Positions 37,961 to 52,165 of a DNA stretch of 60,072 nt are shown in pieces. Origin of the DNA: Octopus bimaculoides (Eukaryota). The notes under the pieces were generated by a model. That model was not told the origin of the DNA and ran no database searches. It saw nothing but the letters and a program-made list of their open reading frames with translations. Every line of letters starts with the position of its first letter. Within the stretch, counting starts at the first letter, position 1. The position numbers and the translations under genes were made by a program. Where the stretch lies: positions 63,534,935 to 63,595,006 of the forward strand of contig NC_068984.1 in NCBI RefSeq assembly GCF_001194135.2. The letters are read 5' to 3'.

Positions 37961-40701
37961 GCACACACACACGCATACGCACACACACGCATATATCAAC
38001 AAAGAATTCCAATGAAATCCGTGAAAGCAGAGTCAGTAGATCCCGTGGTAATTCAGGTGGAGTGGTGATGTGTAGAAGAGAAGTGTTGAAAGTTGGGGAA
38101 GTGGTTAAGATATGCAAGCTCAAAGAGCTGGAAATTCAGTCAGGATCAAAAACAAGAAACGAAAACAGGTATATGAACAACAAACAAGTGTATTATTTTG
38201 ACGCTCGGGAAAAAATGAAAAAGTATTTTATGTTTCGAGCCAAATGCTCTTAAACAGAAAAGAATAAGAGAAAATAAACAGAGAGAGAATGAAAAAAAAA
38301 AACTGCAAAATTCAGTGGTCCAACGTGGATGATTGAAAAAAAAAGAGGTTGAAAGAAAGGGAGATAATAAAAAACAGGTTGAATGTAACAGAGATAATGG
38401 TGCTAGTGATACCAACATTCTCTCTGTTTGGGAGCCCTGTATCTCAGTCTAAATTTGCTTTACATAGACATATACCCTTTTGAAATCAAGGTGATTTCGG
38501 GATTGCCTCTCATTTGGCTCTTGAACATGCAGCAACGATGTCTAATTTAAAAGCATTTGGGCTGCTATTTCAAGCAGGTAAACCTTGGCTCATTCGTGCC
38601 ATCTTGCTTGGCGTTTGTCAGATGGCGTCATAGATCTAGCTGGGGGATGTATGACATTCTCTTTGTTAATTTTACGTCGAGATAAGAACTTTGGAATAAA
38701 TTGGTCAGCAGTTGTAATTCAAATTGGGACTGGAACAATACGATGATTGCATTATAGAATTTTCATCCAACCTTAACCTCTGATCAAACAATAGTCCTAC
38801 TATTTAGCTCTCTTTAGTTTTACACCGCAGCCCAATTAGCTCTTGTAGGAGTCAGTTCAAAAGTGCGCACGAAGTGCGGCTTTTAGGTTGGTGTGTGTCT
38901 CTCTCTCTCTCTCTCTCTNNNNNNNNNNNNNNNNNNNNNNNNNNNNNNNNNNNNNNNNNNNNNNNNNNNNNNNNNNNNNNNNNNNNNNNNNNNNNNNNNN
39001 NNNNNNNNNNNNNNNNNNNNNNNNNNNTATATATATATATAGGTGTGTATGCATATGTCTGTGACCATGCGTGTGTGCTTGAGTATCTGCATCAGACATG
39101 GAAGGCTTTTGATCCGCTTAGAATAAAAACTTCATTGCAAATGATAGTTGATATAAATTTGTGTTAACACTGATCTGTTTATTGTAAATCTACTTATTAC
39201 ATTTCTATTTGTACGCTATTGTATTATATTTACTCTTGATATCTTACTGATTACTGATGAAAAGAATATATTATTATGAATAAATCTTTAAAAATAATAC
39301 TTCAATCAAATCATGTTTGCTTGGTCAATATGGCATTTACTGAGGTGAACTAACTGAATATTAGTATGAAATTTCTTCTTATTTGTATATATGAGATATA
39401 TTTGCATTTAAAAGTCATTCAAATAAACAACTCTTAAAAACATGCATATATTTATATATTATATATTTGATAATAAAACGAACGGCTTATACCTTGTAGA
39501 GTATTGGTAAAACACGGTCACTTTCATACTGTTCGTTATGTATCTGGTTAATGAGATACGGAAGTTTTTATTAATCATTACAATTGTTTCGAAACATCTA
39601 GCACCTATCCCTCACGCGTGGGATACTTAGAAACTGGAACTGTAGATTAGCATATACAACTTGTTAAAATAACAGTTCCGAAATGTATCTTCTCAGTTCT
39701 TGCGAAGAAAGGCAACAAATTAAACGATGTAGCTGCATTTATGTAGAAGATCGATAATAAAATAAAATAACAGATTTAAAAAAGAAAGCAACACTCAATA
39801 CAGCGAAAAAAGTACGCGTCGAAACAATTATTCTAGTATTTAATAAAAACTCCCGCATCTTTCATCTTCCACCACTCATTAACCAGATACGACATATACA
39901 TACTCACGTGTATACATACGCTCATATGTACGTGCTCATTCACGCACAAATACACAATTTTGAAAGAATTAGACCTACTCTGTCCCCACAGAATGATGCC
40001 TTACAAGAAGTCTTTGGTTCACTAGTCATTGCGATAAACAGTCATTACTAAGGTTAACAAACACTGAGAGTCATTTAATAATATGGTGGATGGTCCTCAT
40101 TTCTATCTTACACTAATATATTCTCACAAACACACGCATAGTTATATGCATACTCTTTCACACTTATATATCTCAGAAGAAATTTTATGGACTACGTATA
40201 TTGCAACTTAGTAATCGTTGAAAAAAATTCATTCAAAATTCATATCTTCAATTATATATTTGCATTTTCCAATATAATTTTATCTAATACTTGTTCTTGG
40301 TGGGACGTAATTTATTTTTTATTGTTTCATTTTAGTATTAGGGTATTTTGCAAAACATATAATAATATAAACATATTATAAATTATGAATTGGACTGAAA
40401 TAAAAATGTTTGGACCATTGAAATATATATGACATATCTATTTTGATTTCAACTCCGACTTTGAAATAACTTAAATTTTTCAAAAGATTTTTCGCAAGAA
40501 AATAGCAGTGTTATATTTATACATACACCGGAAGCTTTATTATTTAGCTTGTTCTTTTGTGTCCCTATTCGTATAGGATCAAATTTTGCACGATGAAATT
40601 AAAACATCTTGGGTAGTATCTGACAACTGAACAAAAGTTATCAGCTATGAATTTTAGCCACAAAATATTGCAATATTTGTTAGCATTATTACTTACTGGT
40701 T

Positions 40702-40885
40702 TTAGCACGCCGTGCAGATTACTTAGTGGTATTTCGTTCGTCTTACGTTCTGAGCTCAAATTCCACCGAGGTCGACTTTGCCTTTCTCAGAGTCAATTAA
40801 ATAAGTACCAGTTGCGCTCTGAGCTGGATATAATTGACGCAATACATTCTCCCAAATGTCAATCCTTGTGCCTACGGTAGAAAGG
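40702..40885 (+). mobile_element. 5'-truncated tRNA-derived SINE
   Basis: Starts at ttagcacgccg; gagctcaaattcc B box; tail ccttgtgcctacggtagaaagg; TSD attattacttactggtt (40685-40701) / ataattacttattggtt (40886-40902), 15/17. Confidence 0.88.
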
Positions 40886-41774
40886 ATAATTACTTATTGG
40901 TTCGTATTCCTTCGATTTTCATTTATATATTGTCAAATGTTTTTCTATTGCCCTTTTAAAACTCTGCGAGTGCACGGGCGTGTGTGTGTGTGTGTGTNNN
41001 NNNNNNNNNNNNNNNNNNNNNNNNNNNNNNNNNNNNNNNNNNNNNNNNNNNNNNNNNNNNNNNNNNNNNNNNNNNNNNNNNNNNNNNNNNNNNNNNNNNN
41101 NNNNNNNNNNNNNNNNNNNNNNNNNNNNNNNNNNNNNNNNNNNNNNNNNNNNNNNNNNNNNNNNNNNNNNNNNNNNNNNNNNNNNNNNNNNNNNNNNNNN
41201 NNNNNNNNNNNNNNNNNNNNNNNNNNNNNNNNNNNNNNNNNNNNNNNNNNNNNNNNNNNNNNNNNNNNNNNNNNNNNNNNNNNNNNNNNNNNNNNNNNNN
41301 NNNNNNNNNNNNNNNNNNNNNNNNNNNNNNNNNNNNNNNNNNNNNNNNNNNNNNNNNNNNNNNNNNNNNNNNNNNNNNNNNNNNNNNNNNNNNNNNNNNN
41401 NNNNNNNNNNNNNNNNNNNNNNNNNNNNNNNNNNNNNNNNNNNNNNNNNNNNNNNNNNNNNNNNNNNNNNNNNNNNNNNNNNNNNNNNNNNNNNNNNNNN
41501 NNNNNNNNNNNNNNNNNNNNNNNNNNNNNNNNNNNNNNNNNNNNNNNNNNNNNNNNNNNNNNNNNNNNNNNNNNNNNNNNNNNNNNNNNNNNNNNNNNNN
41601 NNNNNNNNNNNNNNNNNNNNNNNNNNNNNNNNNNNNNNNNNNNNNNNNNNNNNNNNNNNNNNNNNNNNNNNNNNNNNNNNNNNNNNNNNNNNNNNNNNNN
41701 NNNNNNNNNNNNNNNNNNNNNNNNNNNNNNNNNNNNNNNNNNNNNNNNNNNNNNNNNNNNNNTATATATTTATA

Positions 41775-41827
<53 letters not shown>

Positions 41828-42463
41828 ATGTGTGTGTGTGTGTGTGTGTGTGTAACATTTCTATATGCACTGTGGATACATTGCGTTCGTATGGTATGTA
41901 TAAATGTTCATAATTATGTACTTTCGGGTATGAAATACTGAGGATGGTAAAGTGGTATTACATCATTAAACCAGAAATCGATCTTTGGCTAAACTTTAAA
42001 AAAAACCATTTTATTTCATTCCCTCGCTTTTAGCCTATGTCTATGACATAAATAAGATACTTTTAGATCCGTTCGGCATCTTCTTCTAGAATGTTCCATT
42101 ACTCAGTAGTTCCTCCTATTATAATTTTATAATTATATCTATAAAATTAAGCACTTCGTATATATATTTATGTAACAAATGGTATAATGATAAACAGGGC
42201 AAAGTTTAGCCATTTCACTGCAGACTGAAAAGAATGACGAACAACCCTAATAGATTTTCGAACCTCGTTGGGAACTCAACACAGGCGTCTACTCCATTCT
42301 GACAGTCCCCAGAGAAATAAACATCCAAACTGCTTATATACTCAACATTGCAGCCTGTTACTCTCTGATAGAGTACCTAATTTGCATGTGAAAGTGTTCA
42401 ACACTCTATTAATACCAGTGGCAAGTCAACGGGGATCATAGTCCACACAGTATCAACGTACAC

Positions 42464-42498
<35 letters not shown>

Positions 42499-42517
42499 CA
42501 CATACACGCACACACAC

Positions 42518-42567
<50 letters not shown>

Positions 42568-43888
42568 GTATATATATATNNNNNNNNNNNNNNNNNNNNN
42601 NNNNNNNNNNNNNNNNNNNNNNNNNNNNNNNNNNNNNNNNNNNNNNNNNNNNNNNNNNNNNNNNNNNNNNNNNNNNNNNNNNNNNNNNNNNNNNNNNNNN
42701 NNNNNNNNNNNNNNNNNNNNNNNNNNNNNNNNNNNNNNNNNNNNNNNNNNNNNNNNNNNNNNNNNNNNNNNNNNNNNNNNNNNNNNNNNNNNNNNNNNNN
42801 NNNNNNNNNNNNNNNNNNNNNNNNNNNNNNNNNNNNNNNNNNNNNNNNNNNNNNNNNNNNNNNNNNNNNNNNNNNNNNNNNNNNNNNNNNNNNNNNNNNN
42901 NNNNNNNNNNNNNNNNNNNNNNNNNNNNNNNNNNNNNNNNNNNNNNNNNNNNNNNNNNNNNNNNNNNNNNNNNNNNNNNNNNNNNNNNNNNNNNNNNNNN
43001 NNNNNNNNNNNNNNNNNNNNNNNNNNNNNNNNNNNNNNNNNNNNNNNNNNNNNNNNNNNNNNNNNNNNNNNNNNNNNNNNNNNNNNNNNNNNNNNNNNNN
43101 NNNNNNNNNNNNNNNNNNNNNNNNNNNNNNNNNNNNNNNNNNNNNNNNNNNNNNNNNNNNNNNNNNNNNNNNNNNNNNNNNNNACAAAAAACAAGACAGG
43201 AAAACAAACGGAAAAGGCTATACGGCCAGACGTGAAAAATTATGTGTACATGAACGCTGTGAGGCACGAACTTGAAAGTGGGGACGAAGTAAGTTCGCGT
43301 GTTTGCTCGGCGATAGCCAAGGAAGAAAAGGATTAGTGACCGGAAGCATGTGACCTTGCAGGGGTAAGGGTGGGAGAGAGAGAGAGAGAGAGAGAGTGGT
43401 AGAGGGAGAAAAAAGGAGGAAGTAGAAGAATAGGTGAGCAACGAGAGAAAGAGAGATACGTAGTAGTAACAGAGGAAGAACGAGAAAGGGAAAAAGTGAT
43501 AGAGAAAGAGATAGAGTAGCGTCGGAAAATATAAAGTAGAAATAACTACTTACAACATTGGTGGCGCTGGCGTTCGGTCATGTAAAAACAAATAATAAAT
43601 GAGTATATGCATATATACGTACAGCTATGTGCATACCTACATCTACCTGTATATATAGGTGAATATCTAGGTACAGGACATTGCAAACAAAACGTAGACA
43701 ATAAAATTATAATAACCAGAGTACAGAAAGCACACAAGCCACATAGAGAACATTTTCCTTCATCAGCTACCCCCGTTTTAACACCGGCGTTTCGAAGAGT
43801 TGGGTAGGACGCATCGTTAAAACGGCTCTTCCCATAGATAGATAGATAGATATAGATATAGATATATATACATACATACATACATGCA

Positions 43889-43920
<32 letters not shown>

Positions 43921-44505
43921 ATGCATATGCTCGTGCGCGTGCACATACACAAGCACACACACAAATATATATGTACTTATATGCAGTTTTGGAAAGTATA
44001 GAGCTTTATGACTTAACAGAAATAAATATAAATAATAATTGAAACTGTTGCATACTTCCTATTTCCCATTAGCCACCTTTGGATTTGAAAGTTGTACTTT
44101 AACAGAATCTGTCAGAATTATAAGAAGATTCCAAGTTTAATGTTATAGCAGATTATTAAGATTTAACTATAGAGAACAAAACTAACGAAAAGAGTTATTG
44201 AATCAAAATATAATTTATAAAAAAACTTGTCAAATAACTGAACAGACAAATAACATTTACCATTAAATTTTGCGGTTGTTGGGAAATCCTCGAGGGAAAC
44301 ACCAATATACAAACCAACAAAAAAGTTATGATTGACACAGCATAAAATATTCAACAATTGATGATAACAGTAAAATTTTCGGACGAAGATTCCGCATATT
44401 CTCTAAAAGCTGATACTTTCAGATTGGTTGCTTAAATATTGAAAATAATTATAATATACTGTATATAAATTGTAGCGAAATATAGTGTCTCTAATATTCA
44501 TCCCA

Positions 44506-44680
44506 ATTTTGACACAATGTCAGTAATATTGTGGGGAAGGGCCAAGCGATGGCCTCGATGCCAGCATTTACTTTATGGATCCCGGGATAGTGAAAAGCAA
44601 TGCCGACTCCCCTCAAATATCAATTCAGAATGAAATGAATCGGGGCATTTTTCCGATGGTCTAAAACTTCTATCGGTAGG
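44506..44680 (-). mobile_element. Very old SINE remnant
   Basis: aattttgacacaatgtcagtaatattgtggggaagg tail and tgaaaagcaatgccgac core remnant in the expected order; heavily diverged. Confidence 0.4.
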
Positions 44681-45741
44681 TCACCTTATTTTGTTTTTGA
44701 CGTAAAAACTAAAGCTAGTTAAATGGAAATTTATCCAAGGGAGCATTTCGCAATATTGCATTCAATACACAGTCCATTCTTTAGTGCAGAAGCAAGATTC
44801 ATTCAACACTGCCGGATATACTAATAGCACTGGCTATTTGACTAATAGTCAACCGTTTGCCATCCATCACTGTATGTTGAACATGATCAATGTTTATTCA
44901 GTTATTTTTATCAGATGAAGTACTATCATTAATAAAAATTAATATTAATAATCTCCCTCATTTGTTCCATTATCTTAAAAGTGTTGGCAAAACTTAAAAA
45001 CAGCCATCACAAACCGTGTGATTTTCCAGGAAATTTATTCTCAGGTTTACTTTTAAATTTTTGAGTGTGTAAAGTGCTATAATTTGCTAAATTTTAATTC
45101 TTTTCAAGTATAGCTCATGCGTATATCAAAACAGAAATTTATTTGAAGAAGTGAAAGAATTTAAGGTTAAATGAACAAGCGATTGTTTCTCCGTTGAAGT
45201 GAAATCGGAGTTCGATATGACTTGCATGTTTTCAATCACTTCCTGCACTATAAGAATTTTAATGCTATGCATCATTAGACATAGAAAGATTCTGGCTATG
45301 AAACTGTGAAAGGGGTTATTAAAAAGCTTAAGCAGAAAGAGTAAACAAATGCCTGATATCCTACACCTGTTCAATTCTAAAAGCATGCAGCGTTTGGGGA
45401 TACTGTACAGACAAGTTGTGCTATTAGCGAAACATTCAAATCATTACTCTGCCAGGCAGTCACTAAGAGAATGTTTTCCGGCAAATGCTAAAATGTTACA
45501 CACCGAAAAGATAAAAAAAAGTTTGAAAATTAGCCTTTCGGAAAACAGTAACAAGATGGAGAAAAAGTATAGAAACTTAATGAACTTTTCAGTGGCTTTC
45601 AAGAAAATTAGGATTGATAAACAATAAATCTTATGAGGAAAGTCAATGACATACCATATATTAATAAACAAGGATTAGCTTCGTTCAGATACAACAGTAC
45701 CGCTGTCACTGATTAGAGTTGTTGATATTATAAATACGTAT

Positions 45742-46100
45742 GGCGGCGAGCTAGCAGAATCGTTAGCACGCCGGGCGAAATGCTTAGTGGTATTTCGTTT
45801 GTCTTTATGTTCTGAGTTCAAATTCCGCCGAGGTTAATAAATTAAGTACCAGCTGCGTACTGGGGTCGATCTAATCGACTGGCTCCCCCCCCCAAACAAA
45901 AACAACTTTCGGGCCTTGTGCCTAGTGTCGAAAACAATCGTTACGACCTCGTATGAAATGCTTCGTGGCATTTCTTCCGTCTTCCTTTCCTGAGTTCAAA
46001 TTCGAGGTTACTAAAATAAGTATCAGTTGTATACTGGAGTCGATGGAATCGACCTACCCTCTCCCCCGAAATAGCTGATCCTGTTGCAAAATTTGAAATC
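45742..46100 (+). mobile_element. Head-to-tail SINE dimer enclosed by one 18-bp TSD
   Basis: Monomer 1 at 45742-45935, monomer 2 at about 45955-46100; TSD gatattataaatacgtat (45724-45741) / gatattgtaaatgcgtat (46101-46118), 16/18. Confidence 0.88.
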
Positions 46101-46598
46101 GATATTGTAAATGCGTATTTATGTGCATGCGTTCGTGTATGTGGGGGTGCGTGTATATAAGTGAGCGTGTATTTATGGGGTTGGTTATAACTACATTACA
46201 CTCTAAAAATAATAATTTATAAAATGAACTTGTTTTGTTTTAATTCCTCCTGTTGTACTTTTTCGTTATTTGTGTCAGTTCAGATTTAGAAAATTGTGCT
46301 ATTCATGAGATGGATTACAAAGTTTTATTAAAACAAGATAGAGAGTGAACTGTGTACCTGCATATTTAATTTTGTTGCCTTTGATTTAATATGCAACATT
46401 GTTGTTTATGCGTTCTAATTTTTTAAATATCTCTTTGAATAGCATTCGTCATGATGATTCGAGGTTGATTACAATGGGAATAAAAGTTAGCTAATATGAA
46501 TTCAAAAGTGGACGATTATGGATATACAATATTAATTCTACCACTACAACCAATGCCACCACTACCACTATTACTACACACATGAGTAACAATATTAA

Positions 46599-46804
46599 CG
46601 TATTGGTTTCAAGTAGTGGTACAAGGTCTACAAATTCGGGAGAAGGAGATAAGATGGTTATATCGACGACAGTGCTGCTCTGGTACTTATTTCATCAATA
46701 GCAAAAACATTAATGGTGAAATTTGAACTCAGAATGTAAAGATGGACGAAATTCATCTAAGCATGTTGTCCGCTACGCTAATTGTTCTGTCAGATCACCG
46801 CTCT
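46599..46804 (-). mobile_element. Diverged tRNA-derived SINE
   Basis: atttgaactcagaatgtaaag B-box region, tggtacttattt core and tail; TSD agtaacaatattaa (46585-46598) / agcaacaatattaa (46805-46818), 13/14. Confidence 0.82.
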
Positions 46805-49516
46805 AGCAACAATATTAATTATATTGTAGTTTTAAAACCATTCTTACGTTCATAACCAATTGAATCCTCCTGAGAGAGTCCTTATGATGACTATTTGACT
46901 CTTCTTTCTAGCACAAAATCCATTTTACGAACAACTGTTTTAAAAACTATATACTATAAATTATCTCACACATTCGGATTACATAAATATTGCGCGATAA
47001 AGTACGCTTGAAGAGAACTTATTAAAAATTGTTCATGAGTTCAGTGATGATTATTTTGCGTATACACGCACTCACGCGCGCTTGCACACACACTCAAATA
47101 TACACACGCATAAACATACACACACGCACACACATATTGAATATTCGTGTAAAATATGGATGTGTCTTATTCGAGAATGCGTCATATACATTAGCAACTA
47201 TGTTTATTTTAGCTATGTCAGGTTCAAGAATAAAACTCAAGCCGTTCAACGATCTATTGTTTTTGACTTAATGAGACAATATATATTAGGATGCATTGTA
47301 CATCAACTGTGAATAGAATGTAAAGCTAGTTGAACCACAGTCTTTGATATTATGATAATGTTCATTTTTTTCACCTATTCCATTATTCAAACAGAACAAA
47401 TTTAACTAATAAGCGAATATACCCATTTTAACAGACGCACACACATGCACACAAACACAGACACACATGTTGTTACACACGTACAAAGCTATATATAGTG
47501 AATATAGAGTATATTGTTATATAATGTGTGTGTGTGTGGGGGGGGGGGGGCTGTTGCCATATCTAATGTGTTTCATATTAGTTTCATTTCGGAGCTCCTA
47601 TACAACCACTCGTGAGATGCTTGTTATTTAATTCTTTAGTGATTTATGGGATCTGCAATCTAAATAAGTATAACAAAATAAGTGTATCATATAGACTATA
47701 TGTGTTTCGTAGTGACATCGGAAAGATTTTTCTTCCATATTCTATGTTATATATTTCAAAGAGCGGATTGCAATATGTTTCAATAAATATTAACATATTT
47801 CAACAATGTAGTTATTAAATGTATGTTTAATAGGATATGATACAAACTATATTTATGTATACAATTTGATGTACAGAGTGAACATTCTAAAAGTACCAGG
47901 TACAATTCTCAGAAATTCCTTATGTTCAAAGGTTATGCATTAGATAATGCAATCACAGAGAGCATAAACATGAAGAGTATGATGGCTATAACTCGAATAC
48001 TTCTGATAATCGATTTCCTCGATAGTAGTTCTTCTGAAGTTAAACAAGACTAGAAGCATATTACATAAGAATATTTGGCTGCACGTGAAAATATAAGTAA
48101 CATCAGCTACATAGTTAATGAAAACAAAAGTGATATATAAGGTGATTATCATAACGGCAACAGCAGCAGAAATGGATTTATTTACTCAGGAGACTTCGAA
48201 CGAGGAAAACACAATAAGTAAAACTAATATTTTCACTAATTTCTTCAACAGTAAATAGTGCAGTAGTATTCGGTTTAAATCAGTATATTACGTCGCAACC
48301 ATTTTATATGATATATTTCAAACCGAAAAAAAAAGTGATGCGTTATAAATTTAATCATATCAAATAGGATAATTAAATTTTATAAGATTATTATTCGCGT
48401 TTTGTTTTATTTCTTAATCATATATTCTCAATTTCTAAGGCATCTAATCCGAAACTTTCGTCACTGAAACAACAAGTACGCACACTTCCAAACATATACC
48501 AGATTATATAGATATATATAGCAGATGATACACACCCACTACAACGCACACCCTCAGATATATACATATNNNNNNNNNNNNNNNNNNNNNNNNNNNNNNN
48601 NNNNNNNNNNNNNNNNNNNNNNNNNNNNNNNNNNNNNNNNNNNNNNNNNNNNNNNNNNNNNNNNNNNNNNNNNNNNNNNNNNNNNNNNNNNNNNNNNNNN
48701 NNNNNNNNNNNNNNNNNNNNNNNNNNNNNNNNNNNNNNNNNNNNNNNNNNNNNNNNNNNNNNNNNNNNNNNNNNNNNNNNNNNNNNNNNNNNNNNNNNNN
48801 NNNNNNNNNNNNNNNNNNNNNNNNNNNNNNNNNNNNNNNNNNNNNNNNNNNNNNNNNNNNNNNNNNNNNNNNNNNNNNNNNNNNNNNNNNNNNNNNNNNN
48901 NNNNNNNNNNNNNNNNNNNNNNNNNNNNNNNNNNNNNNNNNNNNNNNNNNNNNNNNNNNNNNNNNNNNNNNNNNNNNNNNNNNNNNNNNNNNNNNNNNNN
49001 NNNNNNNNNNNNNNNNNNNNNNNNNNNNNNNNNNNNNNNNNNNNNNNNNNNNNNNNNNNNNNNNNNNNNNNNNNNNNNNNNNNNNNNNNNNNNNNNNNNN
49101 NNNNNNNNNNNNNNNNNNNNNNNNNNNNNNNNNNNNNNNNNNNNNNNNNNNNNNNNNNNNNNNNNNNNNNNNNNNNNNNNNNNNNNNNNNNNNNNNNNNN
49201 NNNNNNNNNNNNNNNNNNNNNNNNNNNNNNNNNNNNNNNNNNNNNNNNNNNNNNNNNNNNNNNNNNNNNNNNNNNNNNNNNNNNNNNNNNNNNNNNNNNN
49301 NNNNNNNNNNNNNNNNNNNNNNNNNNNNNNNNNNNNNNNNNNNNNNNNNNNNNNNNNNNNNNNNNNNNNNNNNNNNNNNNNNNNNNNNNNNNNNNNNNNN
49401 NNNNNNNNNNNNNNNNNNNNNNNNNNNNNNNNNNNNNNNNNNNNNNNNNNNNNNNNNNNNNNNNNNNNNNNNNNNNNNNNNNNNNNNNNNNNNNNNNNNN
49501 NNNNNNNNNNNNNNNN

Positions 49517-49549
<33 letters not shown>

Positions 49550-50369
49550 CACGTATGCACGCGCACATACACACAAACGCACACACACGAACACACACAT
49601 ATAGCGATCAAATCATCGCGAATCGAAACAGCCGAAATACAACCTGCTATCACGAAGCCTAGCTCTGTTTAAGATTAGAATACAGATACATAAGTTTTAT
49701 CCATTTTATGTACATTAAAAATAAGCTGCCAATCTTTTGTCTGATATTATTCGTAGTTCTTGATTGACACTCACGAACTAAGTGACTTCTTGCATCATGT
49801 ATCTATAGAGGAAACCTGTGAGCTAGTATACATCATGCTACCAATGTAATGAATACCTTAATTCACATGTTTGTGGACTAACTAAACAATGTCAATTTTA
49901 CTTGTCAACAAATTTAAATAAAACAAAAGCTAGAAGCGGATGAAATGTGAATAAAGACACAATGTTGATGTGTTTGCCATGTGAAGAATATGACGTGGAA
50001 ATATCTGTGGACGGAAATGTTCACGTCTTGTTCACTGTTCCTTTGAGAAACCTTTACTAGTGTTGTTCCCCAATAAATACCACAAGTAAATCAAGCAGTT
50101 AACTGCATCGCTAGCGTTAGTTATGAATGTCTTACAGAATAGCTACAATACTCTACGGTAATGCCTGCGGAATGAAACCAGGTGTGAATTTTCTGAATAG
50201 TTGTCAAGATACTCTGAAACGGCCATCAGAAGATTGTTTTATTCCTTTTTTTCTAATTCTCATTTCACACACGTCTAAGCTTTGTAATATTTAAATACGC
50301 ATATGTATACATATTATACATGCTGTATGCATGTATATATGTATGTATAAATGTGTGTGTGTGTGTGTG

Positions 50370-51204
50370 TATTTGATAAAAAAAGTTCTTGGAATACTTA
50401 TGTTCAATAAAAAAAATCTTACCTGAGTTTTAACATCATCTCCTTTGAAATAGTCACGTTCCGCAGCGTTCCTGCGATTCACTGCGGATCTTGACAACGG
50501 TGTTAAAACAGTGACCTTTCAGCTGCATTTTCATCTTGGGGATGAGATAGAGGTCCGCAAGTGCTAAAACTGGCGAATAGGGCGGGTACAGAAGCGATAC
50601 AAACTGGTTTAATGCGAGAAACTCACGAGTGAGGAGAGCTCGCTTACAGGGTGCACTATCGTCATAAAGAATCCAATTTTTTTGCGATCCACAGTCCTGG
50701 TCGCTTTTGCCGAGTGTCTCTTACACGCTTCAAAGCGTCACTGTAGAACATGCGATTGGTGGTCTGGCCCTTGAGGACGAATACTCGATGCAAAATACCA
50801 TATTTCCGGGGGTGATCCGCGTGACACGTCTTCCAGACTGCTCATCGTCTTCCAGGGACATTCTTTATCTTTCGAAGCGCTCGTGCTACTCGAAACATTG
50901 CGTACGACCTACCATACGTAGGTCTCGTCGCCAAACGTTTGCCTTTGTATACGCAATGTCTCCGTAACAGACTTCACAAGTTTAATGTAAAATTTCATGT
51001 TAGATCTTCGTTCCTCTCCATGACCAAATCGGAGACTGCATCATAAGCATCATCACAAAAACACAAATTTTACAACTTGCGAAGTTAACACAGCAATATC
51101 ACTCGGCACTCTACTTTATAAAGCTCACTGCGCACACAATATTGTGCTGCCATCTGTTGGCGCGCTACAGAATGTGTCCGGGATTGTTTTGATACTATCT
51201 CATA
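50370..51204 (-). mobile_element. Internally deleted mariner (D34D) with degenerate TIRs and TA ends
   Basis: Minus strand: N-terminal HTH (TETL..FGDET..LEDDEQSGR) joined directly to GILHRVF..GQT; WILYDDSAP...YPPYSPVLALAD has exactly 34 residues between the Asp positions. Ends gataaaaaaagttcttgga (left) and gtatcaaaacaatcccgga (right, reverse complement). Confidence 0.88.
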
Positions 51205-51640
51205 ATTACATGCTGGAGGAAGGTAAAACAAAATAAAGATTCAGTAAGACGCTATATTTGAGGCTTCATGTTATATACTTATATTGAAAGCTTGTGCATA
51301 TGCTCAGTAAATAACTTACAATAGCTTCAAATTAGTATTTAAATATTTCTCTGGCTGCAGTGATTTTTTTACGACGACCCATTTCCTACTTATGAGCAGG
51401 ATTCAGATCCCCTGTGTAATTAGAGTATTGGATATACATAGAATGGCAAAATACATAGAATGGCAAAATATTGATCTGCTCAGAAAATTATGATAGTTTC
51501 ATCAATATTTCACGACAAACTGTTATTATTGCAAAATCCCATCTCAAATGTATTCTCCAACGTATCGATGTTGATTTATACTTACATATATAGGTGACTG
51601 TGTGTATGTAAACACACACACATACACACACCCACCCGCC

Positions 51641-51698
<58 letters not shown>

Positions 51699-52165
51699 AA
51701 GTTAATCAAAGGGCGTACTAAGTATGTCTACCTACTTGAAATAAGAGTCANNNNNNNNNNNNNNNNNNNNNNNNNNNNNNNNNNNNNNNNNNNNNNNNNN
51801 NNNNNNNNNNNNNNNNNNNNNNNNNNNNNNNNNNNNNNNNNNNNNNNNNNNNNNNNNNNNNNNNNNNNNNNNNNNNNNNNNNNNNNNNNNNNNNNNNNNN
51901 NNNNNNNNNNNNNNNNNNNNNNNNNNNNNNNNNNNNNNNNNNNNNNNNNNNNNNNNNNNNNNNNNNNNNNNNNNNNNNNNNNNNNNNNNNNNNNNNNNNN
52001 NNNNNNNNNNNNNNNNNNNNNNNNNNNNNNNNNNNNNNNNNNNNNNNNNNNNNNNNNNNNNNNNNNNNNNNNNNNNNNNNNNNNNNNNNNNNNNNNNNNN
52101 NNNNNNNNNNNNNNNNNNNNNNNNNNCATATATATATATGTGTGTATATATATATATCGGATATA

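Noticed and set aside
43745-43830. Minus strand has cgaaacg and ctgatgaag, suggesting a hammerhead ribozyme
   Set aside because: The order and spacing fit no hammerhead topology: no stem I hairpin, and only 2 nt between CUGAUGA and the next GAAA.
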